Shown piece after piece: positions 1 to 13,700 of a DNA stretch of 64,000 bases. The translations under genes were made by a program, and so were the position numbers. This DNA is from Eledone cirrhosa (taxonomy: Eukaryota): NCBI GenBank assembly GCA_964016885.1, contig OZ024744.1, forward strand, positions 11,408,001 through 11,472,000, in the 5' to 3' direction. Within the stretch, counting starts at the first letter, position 1; each line of letters begins with the position of its first letter. The notes beneath the pieces are model-generated. The model saw only the letters and a program-made list of their open reading frames with translations, searched no databases and was not told the DNA's origin.

Positions 1-240
1 CCAATATGTTGTGTTGTTATACTCCAATATGTTGTGCTGTTGTACTCCAATATTCCGTGTTGTTGTACTCCAATACGTCGTGTTGTACTCCAATATGTTG
101 TGTTGTTATACTCCAATATGTTATGTTGTTGTACTCCAATGTGTCTTGTTGTTGTACTCCAATATGTTTTGATGTTGTACTCCAATATGTTTTGTTGTTA
201 TTCTCCAATATGTTGTGATGTTGTACTCCAATGTGATGTG

Positions 241-3200
241 TTGTTGTACTCCAATCTGTTGTATTGTTGTACTTCAATATGTTCTGTTGTTGTACTCCAA
301 TATATTGTGTTGTTGTACTCCAATATGTTGTGTTGTTGTACTCCAATATGCTGTGTTGTTGTACTCCAATATGTTGTGTTGTTGTACTCCAATATGTTGA
401 GTTGTTGTAGTCCAATATCTTGTGTTCTTATACTCCAATATGTTGTGTTGTTATACTCCTATATGTTGTGTTGTTGTACTCCAATATGTTGTGCTGTTGT
501 ACTCCAATATGATGTGCTGTTGTACTCCAATATGTTGTGTTGTTGTACTCCAATGTGTTGTGTTGTTGTACTCCAATATGTTGTGCCGTTGTACTCCAAT
601 ATTTTTTTTGTTTTTGTACTCCAAAATATTGTGTTGTTATACTCCAATATGTTGTGTTGGTGTACTCCAATATGGTGTGCTGTTGTACTCCAAATCTCGT
701 GTTGTTATACTCCAATGTGTTGTGTTGTTATACTCCAATATGGTGTGTTGTTGAACTCCAATATGTTGTATTGTTTTTCTCCAATATGTCATGTTATACT
801 CCAATATGTTGTGTTCATGTACTCCAATATGTTGTGTTATTGTACTCCAATATGTTGCGTTGTTGTACTCCAATATGTTGTGTTGTTATACTCCAATATG
901 TTGTGTTGTTGTACTCCAATATGTCATGTTGTTGTACTCCAGTATGTCTTGTTATACTCCAATATGTCGTGTTGCTGTACTCCAATATGTCATGCTGTTG
1001 TACTCCAATATTTCGTGTCGTTGTACGCCAATATGTTGTGCTTTTGTACTCCAATATGTTTTGCTGTTGTACTCCACTGTGTTGTGTTGTTGAACTCCAA
1101 TATGTTGTGTTGTTGTTCTCCAATATTTTGTGCTGTTGTACTCCAATGTGTTGTGTTGTTATACTCCAATATGTTGTGTTGTGATACTCCAATGTGTTGT
1201 GTTGTTGTACTCCAATATGTTGTGTTGTTGTACTCCAATATGTTGTGTTGTTATACACCAATGTGGTGTGCTGTTGTAATCCAATATGTTATGTTGTACT
1301 CCAATATGTTGTGTTGTTATACTCCAATATGTAGTGTTGTTATACTCCAATATGTTGTGTTGTTGTACTCCAATCTGTTGTGTTATACTCCAATATGTTG
1401 TGTTGTTGTACTCCAATATGTTGTATTGTTGTTCTCCAATATGTCATGCTATACTCCAATAAGTTGTGTTCTTGTACTCCAATATGTTTTGTTGTTGTAC
1501 TCCAATATGTTGTGTTGTTGTACTCCAATATATCATGTTGTCGTACTCCAATATGTCATGTTATACTCCAATATGTCGTTGTTATACTCCAATATGTCAT
1601 GTTGCTGTACTCCAACATGTCGTGTTGTAGTACTCCAATATGTTTTGATGTTGTACTCCAATATGTTGTGTTGTTGTACTCCAATATGTTGTGTTGTTGT
1701 ACTCCAATATGTTGTGTTGTTATACTCCAATATGTTGTGTTGTTATACTCCAATATGTTGTGCTGTTGTACTCCAATATGTCATGTTGTTGTACTCCGAT
1801 ATTTCGTGTTGTTCTACTCCAATATTTCGTGTTGTTGTACTCCAATATCTCGTGGTGTTGTACTCCAATATGTTTTGATGTTGTACTCCAATATGTCGTG
1901 TTGTTGTACTCCAATATGTTGTGTTGTTGTACTCCAATATGCTGTGTTGTTATACTCCTATATGTTGTGCTGTTGTACTTCAATATGTTGTGTTCTACTC
2001 CAATATGTTGTGTTGTTCTACTCCAATATGTTGTGTTGTTGTACTCCAATATGTGATGTTGTTGTACTCCAATATGTCGTATTGTTGTACTCCAATATAT
2101 TGTGTTGTTATACTCCAATATTTCGTGTTGTTTTAGTCCAATATGTCATGTTGTTTTACTCCAATATTTCGTGTTGTTGTACTCCAATATGTCATGGTGT
2201 TGTACTTCAATATGTCGTATTGTTGTACTCAAATATGTTGTGTTGTTGTTCTCCAATATGTCGTGTTGTTATACTCCAATATGTTATGATGTTGTACTCC
2301 AATATATTGTGTTGTTGTACTCCAATATGTTGTGTTGCTGTACTCCAATATGTTGTGTCGTTGTACTCCAATATGTTGTGTTGTTGTACTCCAATATGTT
2401 GTGTTGTTGTACTCCAATATGTTGTTGTACTCCAATATGCCATGTTGTTATACTCCAATATTTCGTGGCGTTGTACTCCAATATGTCATGTTGTTGTACT
2501 CCAATATTTCGTGTTGTTGTACTCCAATATGTCGTAGGGGTTGTACTCCAATATGGTGTGTTGTTGTACTCCAATATGCTGTGTTGCTGTACTCCAATAG
2601 GTTGTGTTGTTGTACTCCAATATGCTGTGTTGGCTGTGCTCCAATACGTTGTGTTGTTGTACTCCAATATGTTGTGCTGCTGTACTCCAATATGTTGTGT
2701 TGTTGTACTCCAATATGTTGTGTTGTTGTACTCCAATATGTTGTGTTGTTGTACTCCAATCTATATCGCTGTTGTACTCCAATATGTTGTGTTGTTGTAC
2801 TCCAATATGTTGTGTTGTTGTACTCCAAAATATTGTGTTGTTATACTCCAATATGTTGTGTTGTTATACTCCAATATGTTGTGCTGTTATACTCCAATAT
2901 GTTGTGTTGTTGTACTCCAATATGTTGTGCTGTTATACTCCAATATTTTGTGTTGTTATACTCCAATATGTGGTATTGTTGTACTCCAATATGTTGTGCT
3001 GTTGTCCTCCAATATGTTGTGTTGTTATACTCCAACATGTTGTGTTGTTATACTCCAATATGTTGTGTTGTTATACTCGAATATTTTGTGTTGTTATACT
3101 CGAATATCTTGTGTTGTTATACTCGAATATGTTGTGCTGTTGTACTCCAATATGTCGTGTTGTTGTACTCCAATATATCATGTAGTTGTACTCCAATATT

Positions 3201-6200
3201 TCGTGTTGTTGTACCCCAATATGTAGTGTTGTTTATACTCCAATATGTTTTGCTGTTGTACTCCAATATGATGTGCTGTTGTACTCCAATATGTTGTATT
3301 GTTGTTCTCCAATATGTCATGTTATACTCCAATAAGTTGTGTTCTTGTACTCCAATATGTTGTGTTGTTGTACTCCAATATATCATGTTGTCGTACTCCA
3401 ATATGTCATGTTATACTCCAATATGTCATTGTTGTACTCCAATATGTCATTGTTGTACTCCAATATGTCGCGTTGTTGTACTCCAATATGTCGTGTTGTT
3501 GTACTCCAATATGCTGTGTTGTTATACTCCAATATGTTGTGTTGTTGTACTCCAATATGTTGTGTTGTTATACTCCAATATGTTGTGTTGTTGTACTCCA
3601 ATATGTCATGTTGTTGTACTCCAATATGTTGCGTTGTTGTACTCCAATATATCATGTTGTCGTACTCCAATATGTTTTGATGTTGTACTCCAATATGTTG
3701 TGTTGTTGTACTCCAATATGTTGTGTAGTCGTACTCCAATATGTTGTGTTGTTGTACTCCAATATGCTGTGATGTTGTACTCCAATATGATGTGCTGTTG
3801 TACTCCAATGCGTTGTGTTGTTGTACTCCAATATGCTGTGTTGTTATACTCCAATATGTTGTGTTGTTATACTCCAATCTGTTGTGTTGTTATACTCCAA
3901 TATATTGTGTTGTTATACTCCAATATGTTGTGTTGTTTTACTCCAATATCTTGTATTGTTGTTCTCCAATATGTCATGTTATACTCCAATAAGTTGTGTT
4001 CTTGTACTCCAATATGTTGTGTTGTTGTACTCCAATATGTTGTGTTGTTGTACTCCAATATATCATGTTGTCGTACTCCAATATGTCATGTTATACTCCA
4101 ATGTGTCATTGTTGTACTCCAATATGTCGTGTTGTTGTACTCCAATATGTCGTGTTGTTGTACTCCAATATGTTGTGTTGTTGTACTCCAATATGTTGTG
4201 TTGTTGTACTCCAATATGTTGTGTTGTTATACTCCAATATGTTATGTTGTTGTACTCCAATATGTCATGTTGTTGTACTCCAATATGTTTTGATGTTGTA
4301 CTCCAATATGTCGTGTTGTTATACTCCAATATGTTATGATGTTGTACTCCAATATATTGTGTTGTTGTACTCCAATATGTTGTGTTGCTGTACTCCAATA
4401 TGTTGTGTCGTTGTACTCCAATACGTTGTGTTGTTGTACTCCAATATGTTGTGTTGTTGTACTCCAATATGTTGTTGTACTCCAATATGCCATGTTGTCG
4501 TACTCCAATATTTCGTGTTGTTGTACTCCAATATGTCATGATGTTGTACTCCAATATGTTGTGTTGTTGTACTCCAATATGTTGTGTTGTTGTACTCCAA
4601 TATGTTGTGTTGTTGTACTCCAATATGTTGTGTTGTTGTACTCCAATATGTTGTGTTGTTGTACTCCAATATGTTGTGTTGTTGTACTCCAATATGTTGT
4701 GTTGTTGTACTCCAATATGCCATGTTGTTATACTCCAATATGTGGTGGTGTTGTACTCCAATATGTCATGTTGTTGTACTCCAATATTTCGTGTTGTTGT
4801 ACTCCAATATGTCATAGGGGTTGTACTCCAATATGCTGTGTTGCTGTACTCCAATAGGTTGTGTTGTTGTACTCCAATATGTTGTGTTGTTGTACTCCAA
4901 TCTATATCGCTGTTGTACTCCAATATGTTGTGTTGTTGTACTCCAATATGTTGTGCTGTTGTACTCCAATATGTTGTGCTGTTGTGCTCCAATATTTTGT
5001 GCTGTTATACTCCAATATATTGTGTTGTTATAATCCAATATGTTGTGTTGTTGTACTCCAAAATATTGTGTTGTTATACTCCAATATGTTGTGTTGTTAT
5101 ACTCCAATAAGTTGTGCTGTTATACTCCAATATGTTGTGTTGTTGTACTCCAATATGTTGTGCTGTTATACTCCAATATTTTGTGTTGTTATACTCCAAT
5201 ATGTGGTATTGTTGTACTCCAATATGTTGTGCTGTTGTACTCCAATATGTTGTGTTGTTATACTCCAACATGTTGTGTTGTTATACTCCAATATGTTGTG
5301 TTGTTATACTCGAATATGTTGTGTTGTTATACTCGAATATCTTGTGTTGTTATACTCGAATATGTTGTGCTGTTGTACTCCAATATGTCGTGTTGTTGTA
5401 CTCCAATATATCATGTAGTTGTACTCCAATATTTCGTGTTGTTGTACCCCAATATGTAGTGTTGTTTATACTCCAATATGTTTTGCTGTTGTACTCCAAT
5501 ATGTTGTGTTGCTGTACTCCTATATGTTGTGTTGTTATTCTCCAATATGTTGTGCTGTTGTACTCCAATGTGTTGTGTTGTTATACTCCAATATGTTGTG
5601 TTGATTTACTCCAATATGTTGTGTTGTTGTACTCCAATCTGTTGTGTTGTTATACTCCAATGTGTTGTGTTGTTATACTCCAATATGTTGTGTTGTTGTA
5701 GTCCAATATGTTGTGTTGTCGTACTCCAATATGTTGTGTTGTTATACTCCAATATTTCGTGTGGTTGTACTCCAATATGTCATGGTGTTGTACTTCAATA
5801 TGTCGTGTTGTTGTACTCCAATATGTTGTCTTGCTGTACTCCAATATGTTGTGTTGTTGTACTCCAATATCTTGTGTTCTTATACTCCAATATGTTGTGT
5901 TGTTATACTCCAATATGTTGTGTTGTTGTACTCCAATATGTTGTGCTGTTTTACTCCAATATGTTGTGTTGTTGTACTCCAATATGTTGTATTGTTTTTC
6001 TCCAATATGTCATGTTATACTCCAATAAGTTGTGTTCTTGTACTCCAATATGTTGTGTTGTTGTACTCCAATATATCATGTTGTCGTACTCCAATATGTC
6101 ATGTTATACTCCAATATGTCATTGTTGTACTCCAATATGTCGTGTTGTTGTACTCCAATATGTCGTGTTGTTGTACTCCAATATGTTGTGTTGTTGTACT

Positions 6201-9200
6201 CCAATATGTTGTGTTGTTGTACTCCAATATGTTGTGTTGTTATACTCCAATATGTTATGTTGTTGTACTCCAATATGTCATGTTGTTGTACTCCAATATG
6301 TTTTGATGTTGTACTCCAATATGTTGTGTTGTTGTACTCCAATATGTTTTGATGTTGTAGTCCAATATGTTGTGTTGTTGTACTCCAATATGTTGTGTAG
6401 TCGTACTCCAATATGTTGTGTTGTTGTACTCCAATATGCTGTGATGTTATACTCCAATATGATGTGCTGTTGTACTCCAATGCGTTGTGTTGTTGTACTC
6501 CAATATGCTGTGTTGTTATACTCCAATATGTTGTGTTGTTGTACTCCAATATGTTGTGTTGTTGTACTCCAATATGTTGTGTTGTTGTAATCCAATATCT
6601 TGTGTAGTTATACTCCAATATGTTGTGCTGTTGTACTCCAATATGTTGAGTTGTTATACTCCAATATGTAGTGTTGTTATACTCCAATATGTTGTGTTGT
6701 TGTACTCCAATCTGTTGCGTTATACTCCAATATGTTGTGTTGTTATACTCCAATATGTTGTGTTGTTGTACTCCAATATGTTGTGTAGTCGTATTCCAAT
6801 ATGTTGTGTTGTTGTACTCTAATATGTTTTGTTGTTATTCTCCAATATGTTGTGATGTTGTACTCCAATGTGTTGTGTTGTTGTACTCCAATGTGATGTG
6901 TTGCTGTACTCCAATATGTTGTGCTGTTGTACTCCAATATTTTTTTGTTTTTTGTACTCCAATATGTTGTGTTGTTATACTCCAATATGTTGTGTTGTTA
7001 TACTCCAATATGGTGTGTTGTTGTACTCCAATATGTTGTATTGTTTTCTCCAATATGTCATGTTATACTCCAATATGGTGTGTTCGTGTACTCCAATATG
7101 TTGTGTTATTGTACTCCAATATGTTGCGTTGTTGTACTCCAATATGTTGTGTTGTTATACTCCAATATGTCGTGTGGCTGTACTCCAATATGTCATGTTG
7201 TTGTACTCCAATATGTCTTGTTATAGTCCAATATGTCGTGTTGTTGTACTCCAATATATCATGTAGTTGTACTCCAATATTTCGTGTTGTTGTACCCCAA
7301 TATGTAGTGTTGTTTATACTCCAATATGTTTTGCTGTTGTACTCCAATATGTTGTGTTGCTGTACTCCTATATGTTGTGTTGTTATTCTCCAATATGTTG
7401 TGCTGTTGTACTCCAATGTGTTGTGTTGTTATACTCCAATGTGTTGTGTTGTTATACTCCAATATGTTGTGTTGTTGTAGTCCAATATGTTGTGTTGTCG
7501 TACTCCAATATGTTGTGTTGTTATACTCCAATATTTCGTGTGGTTGTACTCCAGTATGTCATGGTGTTGTACTTCAATATGTCGTGTTGTTGTACTCCAA
7601 TATGTTGTGTTGTTGTACTCCAATATGTTGTATTGTTATACTCCAATATGTTATGTTGTTGTACTCCAATATGTCATGTTGTTGTACTCCAATATGTTTT
7701 GATGTTGTACTCCAATATGTTGTGTTGTTGTACTCCAATATGTTTTGATGTTGTACTCCAATATGTTGTGTTGTTGTACTCCAATATGCTGTGTAGTCGT
7801 ACTCCAATATGTTGTGTTGTTGTACTCCAATATGCTGTGATGTTGTACTCCAATATGATGTGCTGTTGTACTCCAATGCGTTGTGTTGTTGTACTCCAAT
7901 ATGCTGCGTTGTTATACTCCAATATGTTGTGTTGTTGTACTCCAATATGTTGTGTTGTTGTACTCCAATATGTTGTGTTGTTGTAATCCAATATCTTGTG
8001 TTGTTATACTCCAATATGTTGTGCTGTTGTACTCCAATATGTTGAGTTGTTATACTCCAATATGTAGTGTTGTTATACTCCAATATGTTGTGTTGTTGTA
8101 CTCCAATCTGTTGCGTTATACTCCAATATGTTGTGTTGTTATACTCCAATATGTTGTGTTGTTATACTCCAATATGTTGTGTTGCTTTACTCCAATATGT
8201 TGTATTGTTGATCTCCAATATGTCATATTATACTCCAATAAGTTGTGTTCTTGTACTCCAATATGTGTTGTTGTTGTACTCCAATATGTTGCGTTGTTGT
8301 ACTCCAATATATCATGTTGTCGTACTCCAATATGTCATGTTATACTCCAATATGTTTTGATGCTGTACTCCAATATGTTGTGTTGTTGTACTACAATATG
8401 TTGTGTTGTTGTACTCCAATATGTTGTGTTGTTATACTCCAATATGGTGTGCTGTTGTACTCCAATATGTTGTGTTGTTATACTCCAATATGTAGTGTTG
8501 TTATACTCCAATATGTTGTGTTGTTGTACTCCAATCTGTTGTGTTGTTATACTCCAATATATTGTGTTGTTATACTCCAATATGTTGTGTTGTTTTACTC
8601 CAATATGTTGTGTTGTTGTACTCCAATATGTTGTGTTCTTGTACTCCAATATGTCGTGTTGTCGTACTCCAATATGTTGTGTTGTTGTACTCCAATATGT
8701 TGTGCTGTTGTACTCCAATATGTTGTGTTGTTGTACTCCAATATGTTGTGTTGTTATACTCCAATATGTTGTGCTGTTGTACTCCAATATTCCGTGTTGT
8801 TGTACTCCAATACGTCGTGTTGTACTCCAATATGTTGTGTTGTTATACTCCAATATGTTATGTTGTTGTACTCCAATGTGTCTTGTTGTTGTACTCCAAT
8901 ATGTTTTGATGTTGTACTCCAATATGTTTTGTTGTTATTCTCCAATATGTTGTGATGTTGTACTCCAATGTGATGTGTTGTTGTACTCCAATATGTTGTG
9001 CTGTTGTACTCCAATATTTTTTGTTTTTTGTACTCCAATATGTTGTGTTGTTATACACCAATATGTTGTGTTGTTATACTCCAATATGGTGTGTTGTTGT
9101 ACTCCAATATGTTGTATTGTTTTCTCCAATATGTCATGTTATACTCCAATATGGTGTGTTCGTGTACTCCAATATGTTGCGTTATTGTACTCCAATATGT

Positions 9201-10777
9201 TGCGTTGTTGTACTCCAATATGTTGTGTTGTTATACTCCAATATGTCGTGTGGCTGTACTCCAATATGTCATGTTGTTGTACTCCAATATGTCTTGTTAT
9301 AGTCCAATATGTCGTGTTGTTGTACTCCAATATATCATGTAGTTGTACTCCAATATTTCGTGTTGTTGTACCCCAATATGTAGTGTTGTTTATACTCCAA
9401 TATGTTTTGCTGTTGTACTCCAATATGTTGTGTTGCTGTACTCCTATATGTTGTGTTGTTATTCTCCAATATGTTGTGCTGTTGTACTCCAATGTGTTGT
9501 GTTGTTATACTCCAATGTGTTGTGTTGTTATACTCCAATATGTTGTGTTGTTGTAGTCCAATATGTTGTGTTGTTATACTCCAATATTTCGTGTGGTTGT
9601 ACTCCAATATGTCATGGTGTTGTACTTCAATATGTCGTGTTGTTGTACTCCAATATGTTGTCTTGTTGTACTCCAATCTGTTGTATTGTTGTACTTCAAT
9701 ATGTTCTGTTCATGTACTCCAATATATTGTGTTGTTGTACTCCAATATGTTGTGTTGTTGTACTCCAATATGTTGTGCTTTTGTACTCCAATATGTTTTG
9801 CTGTTGTACTCCACTGTGTTGTGTTGTTGAACTCCAATATGTTGTGTTGTTGTTCTCCAATATTTTGTGCTGTTGTACTCCAATGTGTTGTGTTGTTATA
9901 CTCCAATATGTTGTGTTGTGATACTCCAATGTGTTGTGTTGTTGTACTCCAATATGTTGTGTTGTTGTACTCCAATATGTTGTGTTGTTATACACCAATG
10001 TGGTGTGCTGTTGTAATCCAATATGTTATGTTGTACTCCAATATGTTGTGTTGTTATACTCCAATATGTAGTGTTGTTATACTCCAATATGTTGTGTTGT
10101 TGTACTCCAATCTGTTGTGTTATACTCCAATATGTTGTGTTGTTATACTCCAATATGTTGTGTTGTTATACTCCAATATGGTGTGTTGTTGTACTCCAAT
10201 ATGTTGTATTGTTTTCTCCAATATGTCATGTTATACTCCAATATGGTGTGTTCGTGTACTCCAATATGTTGTGTTATTGTACTCCAATATGTTGCGTTGT
10301 TGTACTCCAATATGTTGTGTTGTTATACTCCAATATGTCGTGTGGCTGTACTCCAATATGTCATGTTGTTGTACTCCAATATGTCTTGTTATAGTCCAAT
10401 ATGTCGTGTTGTTGTACTCCAATATATCATGTAGTTGTACTCCAATATTTCGTGTTGTTGTACCCCAATATGTAGTGTTGTTTATACTCCAATATGTTTT
10501 GCTGTTGTACTCCAATATGTTGTGTTGCTGTACTCCTATATGTTGTGTTGTTATTCTCCAATATGTTGTGCTGTTGTACTCCAATGTGTTGTGTTGTTAT
10601 ACTCCAATGTGTTGTGTTGTTATACTCCAATATGTTGTGTTGTTGTAGTCCAATATGTTGTGTTGTCGTACTCCAATATTTTGTGTTGTTATACTCCAAT
10701 ATTTCGTGTGGTTGTACTCCAATATGTCATGGTATTGTACTTCAATATGTCGTGTTGTTGTACTCCAATATGTTGTC
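241..10777 (+). repeat. 10,537-bp higher-order repeat, copy 1
   Basis: Matching ORFs recur at +10,537 throughout (422->10959, 2332->12869, 7883->18420, 9563->20100). Marker ccaatctgttgtattg occurs at 251 and 10788. Confidence 0.95.
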
Positions 10778-13700
10778 TTGTTGTACTCCAATCTGTTGTA
10801 TTGTTGTACTTCAATATGTTCTGTTGTTGTACTCCAATATATTGTGTTGTTGTACTCCAATATGTTGTGTTGTTGTACTCCAATATGCTGTGTTGTTGTA
10901 CTCCAATATGTTGTGTTGTTGTACTCCAATATGTTGAGTTGTTGTAGTCCAATATCTTGTGTTCTTATACTCCAATATGTTGTGTTGTTATACTCCTATA
11001 TGTTGTGTTGTTGTACTCCAATATGTTGTGCTGTTGTACTCCAATATGATGTGCTGTTGTACTCCAATATGTTGTGTTGTTGTACTCCAATGTGTTGTGT
11101 TGTTGTACTCCAATATGTTGTGCCGTTGTACTCCAATATTTTTTTTGTTTTTGTACTCCAAAATATTGTGTTGTTATACTCCAATATGTTGTGTTGGTGT
11201 ACTCCAATATGGTGTGCTGTTGTACTCCAAATCTCGTGTTGTTATACTCCAATGTGTTGTGTTGTTATACTCCAATATGGTGTGTTGTTGAACTCCAATA
11301 TGTTGTATTGTTTTTCTCCAATATGTCATGTTATACTCCAATATGTTGTGTTCATGTACTCCAATATGTTGTGTTATTGTACTCCAATATGTTGCGTTGT
11401 TGTACTCCAATATGTTGTGTTGTTATACTCCAATATGTTGTGTTGTTGTACTCCAATATGTCATGTTGTTGTACTCCAGTATGTCTTGTTATACTCCAAT
11501 ATGTCGTGTTGCTGTACTCCAATATGTCATGCTGTTGTACTCCAATATTTCGTGTCGTTGTACGCCAATATGTTGTGCTTTTGTACTCCAATATGTTTTG
11601 CTGTTGTACTCCACTGTGTTGTGTTGTTGAACTCCAATATGTTGTGTTGTTGTTCTCCAATATTTTGTGCTGTTGTACTCCAATGTGTTGTGTTGTTATA
11701 CTCCAATATGTTGTGTTGTGATACTCCAATGTGTTGTGTTGTTGTACTCCAATATGTTGTGTTGTTGTACTCCAATATGTTGTGTTGTTATACACCAATG
11801 TGGTGTGCTGTTGTAATCCAATATGTTATGTTGTACTCCAATATGTTGTGTTGTTATACTCCAATATGTAGTGTTGTTATACTCCAATATGTTGTGTTGT
11901 TGTACTCCAATCTGTTGTGTTATACTCCAATATGTTGTGTTGTTGTACTCCAATATGTTGTATTGTTGTTCTCCAATATGTCATGCTATACTCCAATAAG
12001 TTGTGTTCTTGTACTCCAATATGTTTTGTTGTTGTACTCCAATATGTTGTGTTGTTGTACTCCAATATATCATGTTGTCGTACTCCAATATGTCATGTTA
12101 TACTCCAATATGTCGTTGTTATACTCCAATATGTCATGTTGCTGTACTCCAACATGTCGTGTTGTAGTACTCCAATATGTTTTGATGTTGTACTCCAATA
12201 TGTTGTGTTGTTGTACTCCAATATGTTGTGTTGTTGTACTCCAATATGTTGTGTTGTTATACTCCAATATGTTGTGTTGTTATACTCCAATATGTTGTGC
12301 TGTTGTACTCCAATATGTCATGTTGTTGTACTCCGATATTTCGTGTTGTTCTACTCCAATATTTCGTGTTGTTGTACTCCAATATCTCGTGGTGTTGTAC
12401 TCCAATATGTTTTGATGTTGTACTCCAATATGTCGTGTTGTTGTACTCCAATATGTTGTGTTGTTGTACTCCAATATGCTGTGTTGTTATACTCCTATAT
12501 GTTGTGCTGTTGTACTTCAATATGTTGTGTTCTACTCCAATATGTTGTGTTGTTCTACTCCAATATGTTGTGTTGTTGTACTCCAATATGTGATGTTGTT
12601 GTACTCCAATATGTCGTATTGTTGTACTCCAATATATTGTGTTGTTATACTCCAATATTTCGTGTTGTTTTAGTCCAATATGTCATGTTGTTTTACTCCA
12701 ATATTTCGTGTTGTTGTACTCCAATATGTCATGGTGTTGTACTTCAATATGTCGTATTGTTGTACTCAAATATGTTGTGTTGTTGTTCTCCAATATGTCG
12801 TGTTGTTATACTCCAATATGTTATGATGTTGTACTCCAATATATTGTGTTGTTGTACTCCAATATGTTGTGTTGCTGTACTCCAATATGTTGTGTCGTTG
12901 TACTCCAATATGTTGTGTTGTTGTACTCCAATATGTTGTGTTGTTGTACTCCAATATGTTGTTGTACTCCAATATGCCATGTTGTTATACTCCAATATTT
13001 CGTGGCGTTGTACTCCAATATGTCATGTTGTTGTACTCCAATATTTCGTGTTGTTGTACTCCAATATGTCGTAGGGGTTGTACTCCAATATGGTGTGTTG
13101 TTGTACTCCAATATGCTGTGTTGCTGTACTCCAATAGGTTGTGTTGTTGTACTCCAATATGCTGTGTTGGCTGTGCTCCAATACGTTGTGTTGTTGTACT
13201 CCAATATGTTGTGCTGCTGTACTCCAATATGTTGTGTTGTTGTACTCCAATATGTTGTGTTGTTGTACTCCAATATGTTGTGTTGTTGTACTCCAATCTA
13301 TATCGCTGTTGTACTCCAATATGTTGTGTTGTTGTACTCCAATATGTTGTGTTGTTGTACTCCAAAATATTGTGTTGTTATACTCCAATATGTTGTGTTG
13401 TTATACTCCAATATGTTGTGCTGTTATACTCCAATATGTTGTGTTGTTGTACTCCAATATGTTGTGCTGTTATACTCCAATATTTTGTGTTGTTATACTC
13501 CAATATGTGGTATTGTTGTACTCCAATATGTTGTGCTGTTGTCCTCCAATATGTTGTGTTGTTATACTCCAACATGTTGTGTTGTTATACTCCAATATGT
13601 TGTGTTGTTATACTCGAATATTTTGTGTTGTTATACTCGAATATCTTGTGTTGTTATACTCGAATATGTTGTGCTGTTGTACTCCAATATGTCGTGTTGT

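Noticed and set aside
600-616. T-tracts (ttttttttgtttttg; also ~6,940, ~9,017 and copies) as terminators or retroelement poly(A) tails
   Set aside because: They are in-register monomer variants arising from G->T changes plus slippage, with no hairpin or target-site duplication.
2531-2545. GGGG run as a G-quadruplex
   Set aside because: It is a single isolated G-run per module, and the next is more than 1.5 kb away.
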